Shown: piece after piece, positions 26,273 through 34,521 of the stretch | Layout: each line of letters begins with the position of its first letter | Numbering within the stretch: the stretch's first letter is position 1 | IMG/VR virus record: IMGVR_UViG_3300033485_000053 | Location: 1 to 34,521 of that record | Reading direction: 5' to 3' (one strand) | DNA from: a virus | Taxonomy: Duplodnaviria > Caudoviricetes | Length of the DNA: 34,521 bases | The notes under the pieces: model-generated | The model's input: the letters and a program-made list of their open reading frames with translations, nothing else | Databases searched by the model: none | Told to the model about the DNA's origin: nothing | Position numbers and translations under genes: made by a program

Positions 26273-27931
26273 ATGGCTGATATGACGCAAGTTTATGATG
26301 CTCTGAGAAATGCACATGCTGCTGGTGACACAGAAGCTGCGCAAAAATTAGCCGCATATATTCAAAGTCAACCTGCCGATATTTCTGCGCAATCCTCAGA
26401 CGCTCCCGCTCAACCAATAGCAAAGCCTAGCCTATTGGAAAGATTTAAGGCTGGAATTGGCGATCCAGTGCGCGCATTAGGATTGACAGCACGCGCTGGA
26501 TTAGAGGGTGCTGGTGATGTAGCTGGAATTATTGGAAACCCAATATCTGCTATGACTGGTGGAGCATTGCGCCGTCCCGCTGATATTGCTGCCGGACTTG
26601 CTTCGGATTTAGGATTGCCAACAGCAGACACTCCGACAGAACAATTTGTTAATGCCGCAACTCGTGGCGGAATAGGTGCGGGTGGAACGGTAGGGATAGG
26701 TTCGCAACTTGCGCGATTACCAGCGAACATAGGTAGGTTTGGCGAGGTATTGGCTGCTCAACCAGTCGCGCAAGTAGTGTCTGGTGCTGGCGGCGGTGCT
26801 GGTGCTGAATTGGCACGTCAGGGAGGGGCTGGTGCTGGTGGTCAATTTGCGGCTGGATTAGCTGGGGCTGTATCTCCAACTACGATAGCAAAAGGTGCGC
26901 CAATGTTAGGGCGCAGAACTGCTAATGTCATAGGAGGATTAGGTACTCATACTGGTGGACTTCCAATCCAAGAGGCTGCAAAAGCTGGATATTCTGGAGG
27001 TGATTCGGCGGATTTATTCGCAAAAAATATGCGTGGAAATGTTCCTATATCCGACATATTGGATGCAGCAAAAGCTAATCTACAGGAAATGGGGCAAGCT
27101 AAATCTGCTGCCTATCGCGCAGGTATGGCTGACGTATCAAAGGATGCTGGAGTATTGAATTTTGATGGGATAGACAAAGCCGTTAAAAATGCTGGCGATG
27201 TTGTTACTTTCAAAGGCCAAACTAAAAATGCAAAAGCTGCTGACATTCAACAAAAAATAGCTGATGAGGTTGCTAACTGGAAATCTTTACCTCCAGACGA
27301 ATTCCATACACCTGAAGGATTAGACGCGCTAAAGCAGAAAATCGGCGGTATTGTTGAAAGCATACCGTATGAAGAGAAAACGGCGCGTATGGTTGGCGGC
27401 AATATTTACAACGCGATAAAAGATTCAATCACTAAACAAGCCCCAACTTATGCAGATACGATGCGTGGATATTCTAATGCAACAGATCAGATTAGAGAAA
27501 TTGAACGCTCATTATCTCAAGGTGGTAATGCTTCAACTGATACACAGCTTCGTAAGCTTCAATCTATCATGCGTAACAATGTAAATACGAACTATGGTAG
27601 TAGAGTAGATTCAGTACGCGCATTAGAACAACAAGGCGGAAATGAGATGATTCCGGCATTGGCTGGTCAGGCTCTTAATACGTGGACTCCTAGAGGATTG
27701 GGCGGTGCAGTTGCTGGTGGTTTAGGGATGGGAGGTTATGCTATGGGTGGCCCAGCATTGGCAGTTCCTGTATTAGCAGCACAATCTCCTAGATTAGTTG
27801 GTGAAGCGGCTTTAAAAGTCGGTCAAGGTGCTGGAATTGTTAATCGCCTTGCTGGAGATACAGCATATCCTGACATGAATAATGCGTTAATACGAGCGGC
27901 TCAATATGGCGCAATGGGAGCTAACCAATAA
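26273..27931 (+). CDS. Putative ejection protein
   Basis: Position; AL.NAHAAGDT.AA..LA N-terminus; HTPEGLDALKQ; SPRLVGEAA. Confidence 0.7.
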   Translation: MADMTQVYDALRNAHAAGDTEAAQKLAAYIQSQPADISAQSSDAPAQPIAKPSLLERFKAGIGDPVRALGLTARAGLEGAGDVAGIIGNPISAMTGGALRRPADIAAGLASDLGLPTADTPTEQFVNAATRGGIGAGGTVGIGSQLARLPANIGRFGEVLAAQPVAQVVSGAGGGAGAELARQGGAGAGGQFAAGLAGAVSPTTIAKGAPMLGRRTANVIGGLGTHTGGLPIQEAAKAGYSGGDSADLFAKNMRGNVPISDILDAAKANLQEMGQAKSAAYRAGMADVSKDAGVLNFDGIDKAVKNAGDVVTFKGQTKNAKAADIQQKIADEVANWKSLPPDEFHTPEGLDALKQKIGGIVESIPYEEKTARMVGGNIYNAIKDSITKQAPTYADTMRGYSNATDQIREIERSLSQGGNASTDTQLRKLQSIMRNNVNTNYGSRVDSVRALEQQGGNEMIPALAGQALNTWTPRGLGGAVAGGLGMGGYAMGGPALAVPVLAAQSPRLVGEAALKVGQGAGIVNRLAGDTAYPDMNNALIRAAQYGAMGANQ

Positions 27932-28167
27932 TGCCAGTCTTAACCCCTCCACCATATAGAGTTCAGGACATAACAAGCCAGCCGTGGCAAAAATGGTTTT
28001 CGTTCGTATTTTCGATGATAACTAAATTTTATACAGAAAATAACGTGGTAATTGATTCGTCTTCTAATGGCTTGGTTTTGAAAGATACAGCAGGGCATTA
28101 TTGGAAAGTGACGGTATCTGTAGGTGGAGTTTTGACTACAACAGACTTGGGAACGACTAAACCGTAA
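27931..28167 (+). CDS. Small tail-associated hypothetical protein
   Basis: TAATG-coupled; GLVLKD..G.YWKV.V...G.LTT. Confidence 0.65.
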   Translation: MPVLTPPPYRVQDITSQPWQKWFSFVFSMITKFYTENNVVIDSSSNGLVLKDTAGHYWKVTVSVGGVLTTTDLGTTKP

Positions 28168-28176
28168 GGGATAAAT

Positions 28177-29007
28177 ATGGCAGTTTTAACGACATTCAGA
28201 CATCGCTTTTGGGATAACTCAGGGAATCCTCTTGCTGGTGGATTGGTCTACACCTATGGTGCTGGTAGCTCTACGCCATTGGCTTCATATACCGACGCTG
28301 GCGGACTTACGCCTAATACGAATCCGATTATCCTTGATGCAAAAGGCGAGGCTAATATCTGGCTTAATGGTCAGTATAAAATCAATGTGACTGATGCGGC
28401 TGGCGTTCAGATAACTGGATGGCCTGTTGATAATATCGGCGCGTCTGTAACTGGAGCAACTCAGCTTTATGTTGATAACGCTGTCGCTGGCGCGAATGCT
28501 TATACAGATAGCAAGACTGCGGCAGCGATTGCTACGGCTGCGGCTGATGCCACGGCTAAGGCTAATGCTGCTGCTGCTTCGTCTGCATCATTGGTAACTG
28601 GAACTAGATTAGCATTCCAACAATCCGCTGCACCTATAGGATGGGTTAAAGATACCACGGCGGCTTTGAATGATACTGCAATGCGTATCGTTACGGGTGC
28701 TGTTGTCGGTGGGGGGGCAGTACCATTTAGCACGGCTATGGGGACAACTGCTGTATCTGGAACTACAGGAAGTCATACACTGACCATTGCTGAAATGCCT
28801 AGTCATACCCATGTGCAAACACAACAAACAGCAGGCGGAGGTGCTGGAACTGGCGCAGGACTTGGCCCCGGAACATCTGCATCTGCGGCTGGTTCTATTT
28901 CCACCCAAGCTCAAGGCGGTGGAGGCGGGCATACTCATGCGGCTACAGGATTAACAACAACCATGAATATCGCATACGTCGATTTCATCATTGCGGTGAA
29001 GAGTTAA
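28177..29007 (+). CDS. Tail fibre/spike-type protein with head-binding-like N-terminus
   Basis: F.DNSG.PLAGG.VYTY.AG..TP..Y.D...PNTNPIILD..G; HTLT.AEMPSHTH. Confidence 0.8.
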   Translation: MAVLTTFRHRFWDNSGNPLAGGLVYTYGAGSSTPLASYTDAGGLTPNTNPIILDAKGEANIWLNGQYKINVTDAAGVQITGWPVDNIGASVTGATQLYVDNAVAGANAYTDSKTAAAIATAAADATAKANAAAASSASLVTGTRLAFQQSAAPIGWVKDTTAALNDTAMRIVTGAVVGGGAVPFSTAMGTTAVSGTTGSHTLTIAEMPSHTHVQTQQTAGGGAGTGAGLGPGTSASAAGSISTQAQGGGGGHTHAATGLTTTMNIAYVDFIIAVKS

Positions 29008-29009
29008 TC

Positions 29010-29333
29010 ATGGCTGAAATTAAACTTGTTTGTCCGTACTCGCAACGTGAATGCGTAAAAAATGGTTCTGGTGTATTAGTCGAAGGAAAGATTGAGACTC
29101 ATGCTTGCCCGAAGTGGATAAACATAATCGGGAAAGAGCCGCAAACTGGACAAAATATCAATCAATGGAATTGTTCAGACGCTTGGGTTCCGATTCTTTT
29201 GATTGAAAATAGTAAGATGCAGCATGAAACAGCGGCTTCAGTAGATATGTTCCGGGAGTCTATGCTGCAAGCAAATGAAGTAAGCAGAGAGCTTTTACTC
29301 GCAAATTCTGACACAATTAAAAAACTGTGCTAG
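29010..29333 (+). CDS. Conserved tail-region hypothetical protein
   Basis: C..W..I.G..PQTG....W.C...W.P.LLIENS...T.A.V..FR. Confidence 0.7.
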   Translation: MAEIKLVCPYSQRECVKNGSGVLVEGKIETHACPKWINIIGKEPQTGQNINQWNCSDAWVPILLIENSKMQHETAASVDMFRESMLQANEVSRELLLANSDTIKKLC

Positions 29334-29367
29334 TATTCACTAACTTGACAAATGAAGGAGCATTACC

Positions 29368-30138
29368 ATGATACTTGACAACGTGAACAGGAAAGTCCAA
29401 GTAGTTTTGACAGGCGCAAAAACAACTCTCGATATGCCAATTACGGTTGACTATATTGATACGACACCTATCAGCACTAAATCTGGTCTAATCTCAACCA
29501 CTACAAACGGTGTTACTACTGTTGATGTAGTACCCGCTCCTGATGCACATATTGAACGCAAAATCCGTTCTCTGACTGTATATAACAAAGATACGGCAGC
29601 AAAAACCATCCAGATTTTCATTAGCGATAATGGAGTTCAATATCAAGTTCAGGATGTGACGCTGCAAGTTGATGATGTTCTGATGTTCACTGAATTGCAT
29701 GGCTGGTCGATGATTGATGGAAATGGCAATAAAAAGACCACTTCGACTATCAGCGGGTTGCTATCCACATCACCTTCTACTGGAATCGGTTACGCTACGG
29801 GTGCAGGTGGTGCAGTTGTTCAGATTACTAACCGTTCAACGGGTGTAACGCTGAACAATGTATGCGGTACGATTCAGACCGATACAACATCGCTGGCTGC
29901 TGGTGCAAGTGCTGTGTTTACCGTAACCAACTCCCGTGTTGCAATCGGTGACGTTGTGATTCTTTCACAACGTTCAGGCTCGTCTAATGCTGCTGGTGTC
30001 GCAGGTACAACTTTTGCAAACGTGGTTGCGGTGGCTAATGGTTCGTTCAATATCGCAATCGACAATAAATCTACGACTACTGCTGAGACTGGCGCGATCA
30101 TCTTGAATTTCGCAATTATCAAGGCCGTTTCTTTGTAG
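29368..30138 (+). CDS. Putative virion structural protein
   Basis: AAGGAG RBS; GIGYATGAGG.V.Q.T.RSTGVTLN..CG.I.....SLAAG....F.VTNS.V. Confidence 0.7.
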   Translation: MILDNVNRKVQVVLTGAKTTLDMPITVDYIDTTPISTKSGLISTTTNGVTTVDVVPAPDAHIERKIRSLTVYNKDTAAKTIQIFISDNGVQYQVQDVTLQVDDVLMFTELHGWSMIDGNGNKKTTSTISGLLSTSPSTGIGYATGAGGAVVQITNRSTGVTLNNVCGTIQTDTTSLAAGASAVFTVTNSRVAIGDVVILSQRSGSSNAAGVAGTTFANVVAVANGSFNIAIDNKSTTTAETGAIILNFAIIKAVSL

Positions 30139-30193
30139 AATGATAGCTTAGTGATAAAAGCATGAAAACGAAATCTATAAAAGGAGTAATGGT

Positions 30194-30526
30194 ATGAAAC
30201 GAATCGTCGCCATAATCATCTGCGCGGTATGTTTCATACCGTTAGCTTTCGCTGCTACCGCAATCAGAAATGACACATCGCAGACAAACAATTATGCGCC
30301 AAATGCCGTAATTGATAAGTACAAGCCATACTGTGATGCAACTGGAACGCTTGCTGGTTATTACATGCCAGCAGCTACCAATCTGACATATAATGCATCT
30401 GGTGTTGTTTCGACAATATCAGAAATGGATGGTACTAGCGGAGTAGCCGGAACGAATACTTTTAACTCCACGCTTACTTATTCTGGTGCGAATGTAATAT
30501 CTACAAGCTGCCCTGTGAAACAGTAA
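30194..30526 (+). CDS. Hypothetical protein with signal-peptide-like N-terminus
   Basis: MKRIVAIIICAVCFIPLAFA-A; AAGGAG RBS. Confidence 0.7.
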   Translation: MKRIVAIIICAVCFIPLAFAATAIRNDTSQTNNYAPNAVIDKYKPYCDATGTLAGYYMPAATNLTYNASGVVSTISEMDGTSGVAGTNTFNSTLTYSGANVISTSCPVKQ

Positions 30527-30571
30527 AACTATAACGCATCGCCTGTGAAGGTCTGCAAAAGGAATGATACG

Positions 30572-33500
30572 ATGAAAAAGACACTGCAAATATTAGCTGT
30601 TTCAATTATTGCAACCATATTGGCATTTACGGCGGTTCCTAGCCTTAAAGCCTATGCCGAAGTCTTCATTGCTCCTTTGATTGTCCAGCCCAATCTTGTA
30701 GGCGGGAATGCGGTAGGACTAACTGTTAATGGCACGGCGGCAGGAACAGTTACATCCGTATCTGGTTCTACAGCAAGCGGGGTTACGGTATCTGTTACTA
30801 ATGCAAGCACTGTTCCAGTTGTGTCTGTTTCTTTGGGTGCGATTTCTCCTTCAAGCGTAACCGCTAATTCTATATCGACTTCCGCGCTTAGCGGTTCTTT
30901 CGTTACTGCAATCGCAAATGGCGGAACGAATCAGACGGCTTTCACTGCTCCAGTTTCTGGCGTAAATGCCATTCCTTACTTCGATGGAACTCGTCTAGTA
31001 ACTGATGCCGTTCCTTCGGATTTCGGATATAATGCTGCATCAGGAATTGCAACATTCGGAACAATAAGCGCATCTGCTGTATCCGTATCTTCTTTCTCAG
31101 CCCCCCAATCAGGTATAAACCCAGTTATATTTAATACTGCGTCAGGATTAGCTACTGATACTATTGCAGAGCATTTTGGATATGAGCCTGCTACTGATAC
31201 CGTTCATACCGGAATCTTGCATATCCATAGTCCCGGAACTACAAACGCAACATTCACCAATACTGCTGCTCAAGGCCCATTAGGCGGCTCTGGAATGATT
31301 GGTTATTCAGATCCCGGCGCAGCAATTAACTCTGGTAGCCGTTTGGGATTCTATCTTTCTGGCGGTTCTATTGATGCTGCGCATACTTTGGTTAATTCTG
31401 TAGGTTGGGGCGGTTTCGCTACTGAAAATTTCTCAGGAACGAATCAAGGTTCTGATTTCCGCATTTTCACAACTCCTAATGGCACGACTACCGCATCGCG
31501 TCGTCTTGTCGCAACATTCGGTCAAGATGGTTTATTGACAATGCCAGTAAGCGGTATTGCTCTTAGTACAGCGAAGATTACCGGACTTGCTAATGGAACT
31601 GCACCTGCTGATGCGGTGAACTACGGACAACTTTCTGCTGCTACTGGCGGTATGTTGCCACAAACTCCTTGTGCCACTCCAAACGTAATTGACGATACGC
31701 TTGCAACGCCTCCCGGTTCTCCAGTATTGGGCGAGGCATATCTTGTCGCGGCATCTGGTGTAGGCGCATGGACTGGACTTGATGGTCACTTGGAACAGTG
31801 GAATGGCGCGACATGGACTGATATATGGGGTAGGGTTGTTGCTGTAGGTGATCGCGTCTGTCTTGCGCTTGAGCATGGAACTGTAGCTGGTGGTTTCGCT
31901 ACTAAAAGTAAGAACATCGCTCAAGTAACTGGTGCAACTCCTGGCGCATATACTTATGCTTTTACCGCTCCTGCAAACAGCTATACAGTGGCAATTAACG
32001 GTGCTAACTCACCTGACTTAGGGCATGGATATTACTACAACGGAACATCTGCGGCATGGGTTGAATTCATCGTTGGCGGCTCTCCTATTGCAAGTACTGG
32101 TTTAACGGCGACTGGGCAGACATGGACGATTGATACCAATATCACTGTTGATAAAAATACCGTTCAGACGTTGACGAATAAGACACTCACGGCTCCGACA
32201 TTGACTACCCCTGTATTGGGGGCTGCGACAGCGACAAGTTTAGCGACTGGAACACTTAGCGCGACTGGACAGATTACATCAACTCAGGCAACAGGTAGCG
32301 CACCATTCGTTGTATCTTCCACAACACCTGTAGCTAATCTATCAATCGGAGGAAATGCTGCTACTGTAACAACTAATGCAAACCTTACTGGTGATGTGAC
32401 AAGTACGGGAAATGCTACAACTCTTGCTAATGTTGGGGGTTCTACTCCAGCACTTGTTCATGCGGCAGAATTGCGTGCTAATGCTGCCTCAAGTGTAAAT
32501 TCGGCAAGTACATTGGTTATGCGTGATGCTGCCGGTGCGTTTGCTGCGTCTACTGTAACAGCAACAGTAACGATGACGGCTGCTAACGTAGTAGCAACAA
32601 CCAATATCACCACACCTTCCATAAATGGTGGTCAACTTGCAGGATTTCGTAATAAGCTGATTAACGGAGATATGATAATCAATCAGGTTTATGGAACTGC
32701 AAGCACTGTTCCTGCAACTTCTACTTATGTATCTGACCAGTGGAAATATACAACGACACAAGCATCTAAGTTGACATTCCAGACTATTGCAGATGCGCCA
32801 GCCGGATTCAAATACTCTGAACTTGTAACGGTTGCTGCACAGTTTGCTCCTGCCACTACAGACCAGTTTGTATTGTGGCAACCAGTAGAGGGACAGAATA
32901 TCGTTGACCTGCAATTCGGTGTTGCAACTGCTCAAACAATAGCTGTGTCAACTTACACAAAGTCAAGTATAGCTGGTACATATTCTTGCTTCATTCAGAA
33001 TGCGTCTGCTAACCGCTCCTATGTCGGCACTATGACTGTGACTGCTGGATGGGCTAAATCAACCTGTATCGCCACTATAGCTGATACTGCTGGGACATGG
33101 GCTACTGATAATACCGCCGGTTTGTGGGTAGGCGTTGATTTAGGCAGCGGTGCTAATTTCAATACAACATCAGGTTCATGGCAGACTGGTAACTTCACTC
33201 GAACCGCTGGATCTGTTACGTTCGTTAATCAAGTTGCTGGTTCGACATTTAACAGCACTGGATGGCAATTAGAACAAGTCAGTTCTGGAGCTACTGCTGG
33301 ATCTTCGTTTGAGCATGCAAGTTACGCAGACCAGTTGCGTTGGTCACAAAGGTATTTGCCTGTTTTTAACAGTACAGGGACGGCTAGTCCATTAGGTAGC
33401 GCGATGGCGTTTTCTACAACTATTGAATTGACTTATTACCAATTTAAAGTAACTCCGAGAATTGCTCCAACTGGGATAGTAACTTCTAATCAATTCTCAA

Positions 33501-33670
33501 CATATATGGGCGGGTCTGTTTTTGTAACAAGCGCAGTAGCACTAGATTCAGCATCATTAGATGGGGCTTTCCTTAATTTAACAAATTCAGGAATGACAAT
33601 AGGCCAAGCAGGTTTGACTTACGCAAGTAATCCATCATCTCAAATATATTTTACTGGTTCGCAAATGTAA
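30572..33670 (+). CDS. Large tail-fibre-like protein
   Basis: KITGLANGT...DAVNYGQL; DUF2793-like TPPGSP..GEAYLVAA...GAWTG.DG; GFRNKLINGDM.INQ; QLE.......FE......L...QRY. Confidence 0.8.
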   Translation: MKKTLQILAVSIIATILAFTAVPSLKAYAEVFIAPLIVQPNLVGGNAVGLTVNGTAAGTVTSVSGSTASGVTVSVTNASTVPVVSVSLGAISPSSVTANSISTSALSGSFVTAIANGGTNQTAFTAPVSGVNAIPYFDGTRLVTDAVPSDFGYNAASGIATFGTISASAVSVSSFSAPQSGINPVIFNTASGLATDTIAEHFGYEPATDTVHTGILHIHSPGTTNATFTNTAAQGPLGGSGMIGYSDPGAAINSGSRLGFYLSGGSIDAAHTLVNSVGWGGFATENFSGTNQGSDFRIFTTPNGTTTASRRLVATFGQDGLLTMPVSGIALSTAKITGLANGTAPADAVNYGQLSAATGGMLPQTPCATPNVIDDTLATPPGSPVLGEAYLVAASGVGAWTGLDGHLEQWNGATWTDIWGRVVAVGDRVCLALEHGTVAGGFATKSKNIAQVTGATPGAYTYAFTAPANSYTVAINGANSPDLGHGYYYNGTSAAWVEFIVGGSPIASTGLTATGQTWTIDTNITVDKNTVQTLTNKTLTAPTLTTPVLGAATATSLATGTLSATGQITSTQATGSAPFVVSSTTPVANLSIGGNAATVTTNANLTGDVTSTGNATTLANVGGSTPALVHAAELRANAASSVNSASTLVMRDAAGAFAASTVTATVTMTAANVVATTNITTPSINGGQLAGFRNKLINGDMIINQVYGTASTVPATSTYVSDQWKYTTTQASKLTFQTIADAPAGFKYSELVTVAAQFAPATTDQFVLWQPVEGQNIVDLQFGVATAQTIAVSTYTKSSIAGTYSCFIQNASANRSYVGTMTVTAGWAKSTCIATIADTAGTWATDNTAGLWVGVDLGSGANFNTTSGSWQTGNFTRTAGSVTFVNQVAGSTFNSTGWQLEQVSSGATAGSSFEHASYADQLRWSQRYLPVFNSTGTASPLGSAMAFSTTIELTYYQFKVTPRIAPTGIVTSNQFSTYMGGSVFVTSAVALDSASLDGAFLNLTNSGMTIGQAGLTYASNPSSQIYFTGSQM

Positions 33671-33681
33671 GGGGATAACAA

Positions 33682-33834
33682 ATGGATTTCACTGGATGGC
33701 ATTATTACAAAGACGCATCAAATATAAATAATATCGGGATACGAAGCCCAGATGGAAGAGTATCAAGGTTGCTGACTGATAAAGAAGTCGCCGCATGGTT
33801 GGCTATTCCCGGTAATTCTGCTAAATTGGTGTGA
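33682..33834 (+). CDS. Small tail-fibre-associated protein (50 aa)
   Basis: MDFTGWHYYK...EVAAWLA.PGN; GGGGA RBS. Confidence 0.55.
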   Translation: MDFTGWHYYKDASNINNIGIRSPDGRVSRLLTDKEVAAWLAIPGNSAKLV

Positions 33835-33838
33835 TGAT

Positions 33839-34057
33839 ATGGAATTTGAACTTATAAAATATCTTCTTGAAGTAATTGGCGGATTGATGTCATTACTTGT
33901 TATCGTAATCGGATGGATAGGCGGTAGAATACATGGACGACTCGATTCAATCAGCACATCACTTTCTGCGATTGAAAAAGACTTGCGTGCTGACCTTTCA
34001 CACCTTGATAGGAGAATGGCAGTTGTTGAAACTAAATGTGGAGTAACAGTACGGTGA
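33839..34057 (+). CDS. Putative holin or lysis membrane protein
   Basis: One transmembrane segment plus a coiled coil, upstream of the endolysin. Confidence 0.55.
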   Translation: MEFELIKYLLEVIGGLMSLLVIVIGWIGGRIHGRLDSISTSLSAIEKDLRADLSHLDRRMAVVETKCGVTVR

Positions 34058-34212
34058 GAGACGAAGAACATCTAAAGCATCAGATTGAGGATGCCAAGAA
34101 AAATAAGCGAGAGCCTGTACCCGCCCATGACGATTGTGAGCTTTGTGGCAGATGGAGCGCGCATCTTCTTGATGGACTTTGCCCATCTTGCAAAGCGAAG
34201 CATAAACTGTGA
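34054..34212 (+). CDS. Small C4 zinc-finger protein
   Basis: GTGA-coupled on both sides; CELC...CPSC. Confidence 0.6.
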   Translation: MRDEEHLKHQIEDAKKNKREPVPAHDDCELCGRWSAHLLDGLCPSCKAKHKL

Positions 34213-34521
34213 TTACTTCTGAACAATTATCTGAAGCATTGGATTGTCCGTTAGAACGTGCGCAGAAATGGTGCAAACCGATTAACGCTGCTATGCGAGA
34301 ATTCGACATTAACACGAATGAGCGTATTGCGGCATTCATCGCGCAAATTGGGCATGAATCAGGCCGTCTCGTTTATGTAAAAGAAATATGGGGGCCAACA
34401 GCTTCACAGCGCGGCTATGAATTCCGCCACGACCTCGGCAATACTGTTGAAGGTGATGGTCACAAATATCTTGGGAGGGGCTTAATTCAGATTACAGGAC
34501 GCGCCAATTATCGTGTATGTG
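34209..34521 (+). CDS. GH19 (chitinase-like) endolysin, truncated by the window end
   Basis: RIAAFIAQIGHESG.L...E; DLGN...GDG.KY.GRGLIQITGRANY. Confidence 0.92.
   Translation, partial: MITSEQLSEALDCPLERAQKWCKPINAAMREFDINTNERIAAFIAQIGHESGRLVYVKEIWGPTASQRGYEFRHDLGNTVEGDGHKYLGRGLIQITGRANYRVC

Overview
This is part of a P22-like short-tailed phage or prophage. From ~10.3 kb to the end lies a continuous + strand morphogenesis and lysis module: terS, terL, P22-type portal, scaffold, P22-type coat, gp4/gp10-like tail proteins, ejection proteins, tail fibres, a holin candidate and a truncated GH19 endolysin. The first ~10 kb is an accessory region of small genes, with a leftward operon (2265-7910) containing a tnpB-only IS200/IS605 element and a pentapeptide-repeat gene. 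The main discovery is two integron-like gene-cassette arrays inside the phage (<1-1470 and 8145-9045). They contain six complete attC-like sites and one half-site with canonical extrahelical bases. Cassette ends are complementary, as expected for units that moved as circles. Both arrays end in the same 105-bp attI-like sequence, and no integrase gene is in the window. All cassette genes run antisense to the attC sites, three appear to start inside their own attC, and the cargo is phage-type (e.g. a Lar-like protein). Smaller observations include an IS inserted exactly at an ATGA gene junction, a 52-nt CCA-ended tRNA remnant, two recurrent late-gene regulatory motifs, an AP2 endonuclease remnant and signal-peptide-like N-termini on tail genes. 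Protein calls come from motif recognition by eye; no searches were run.
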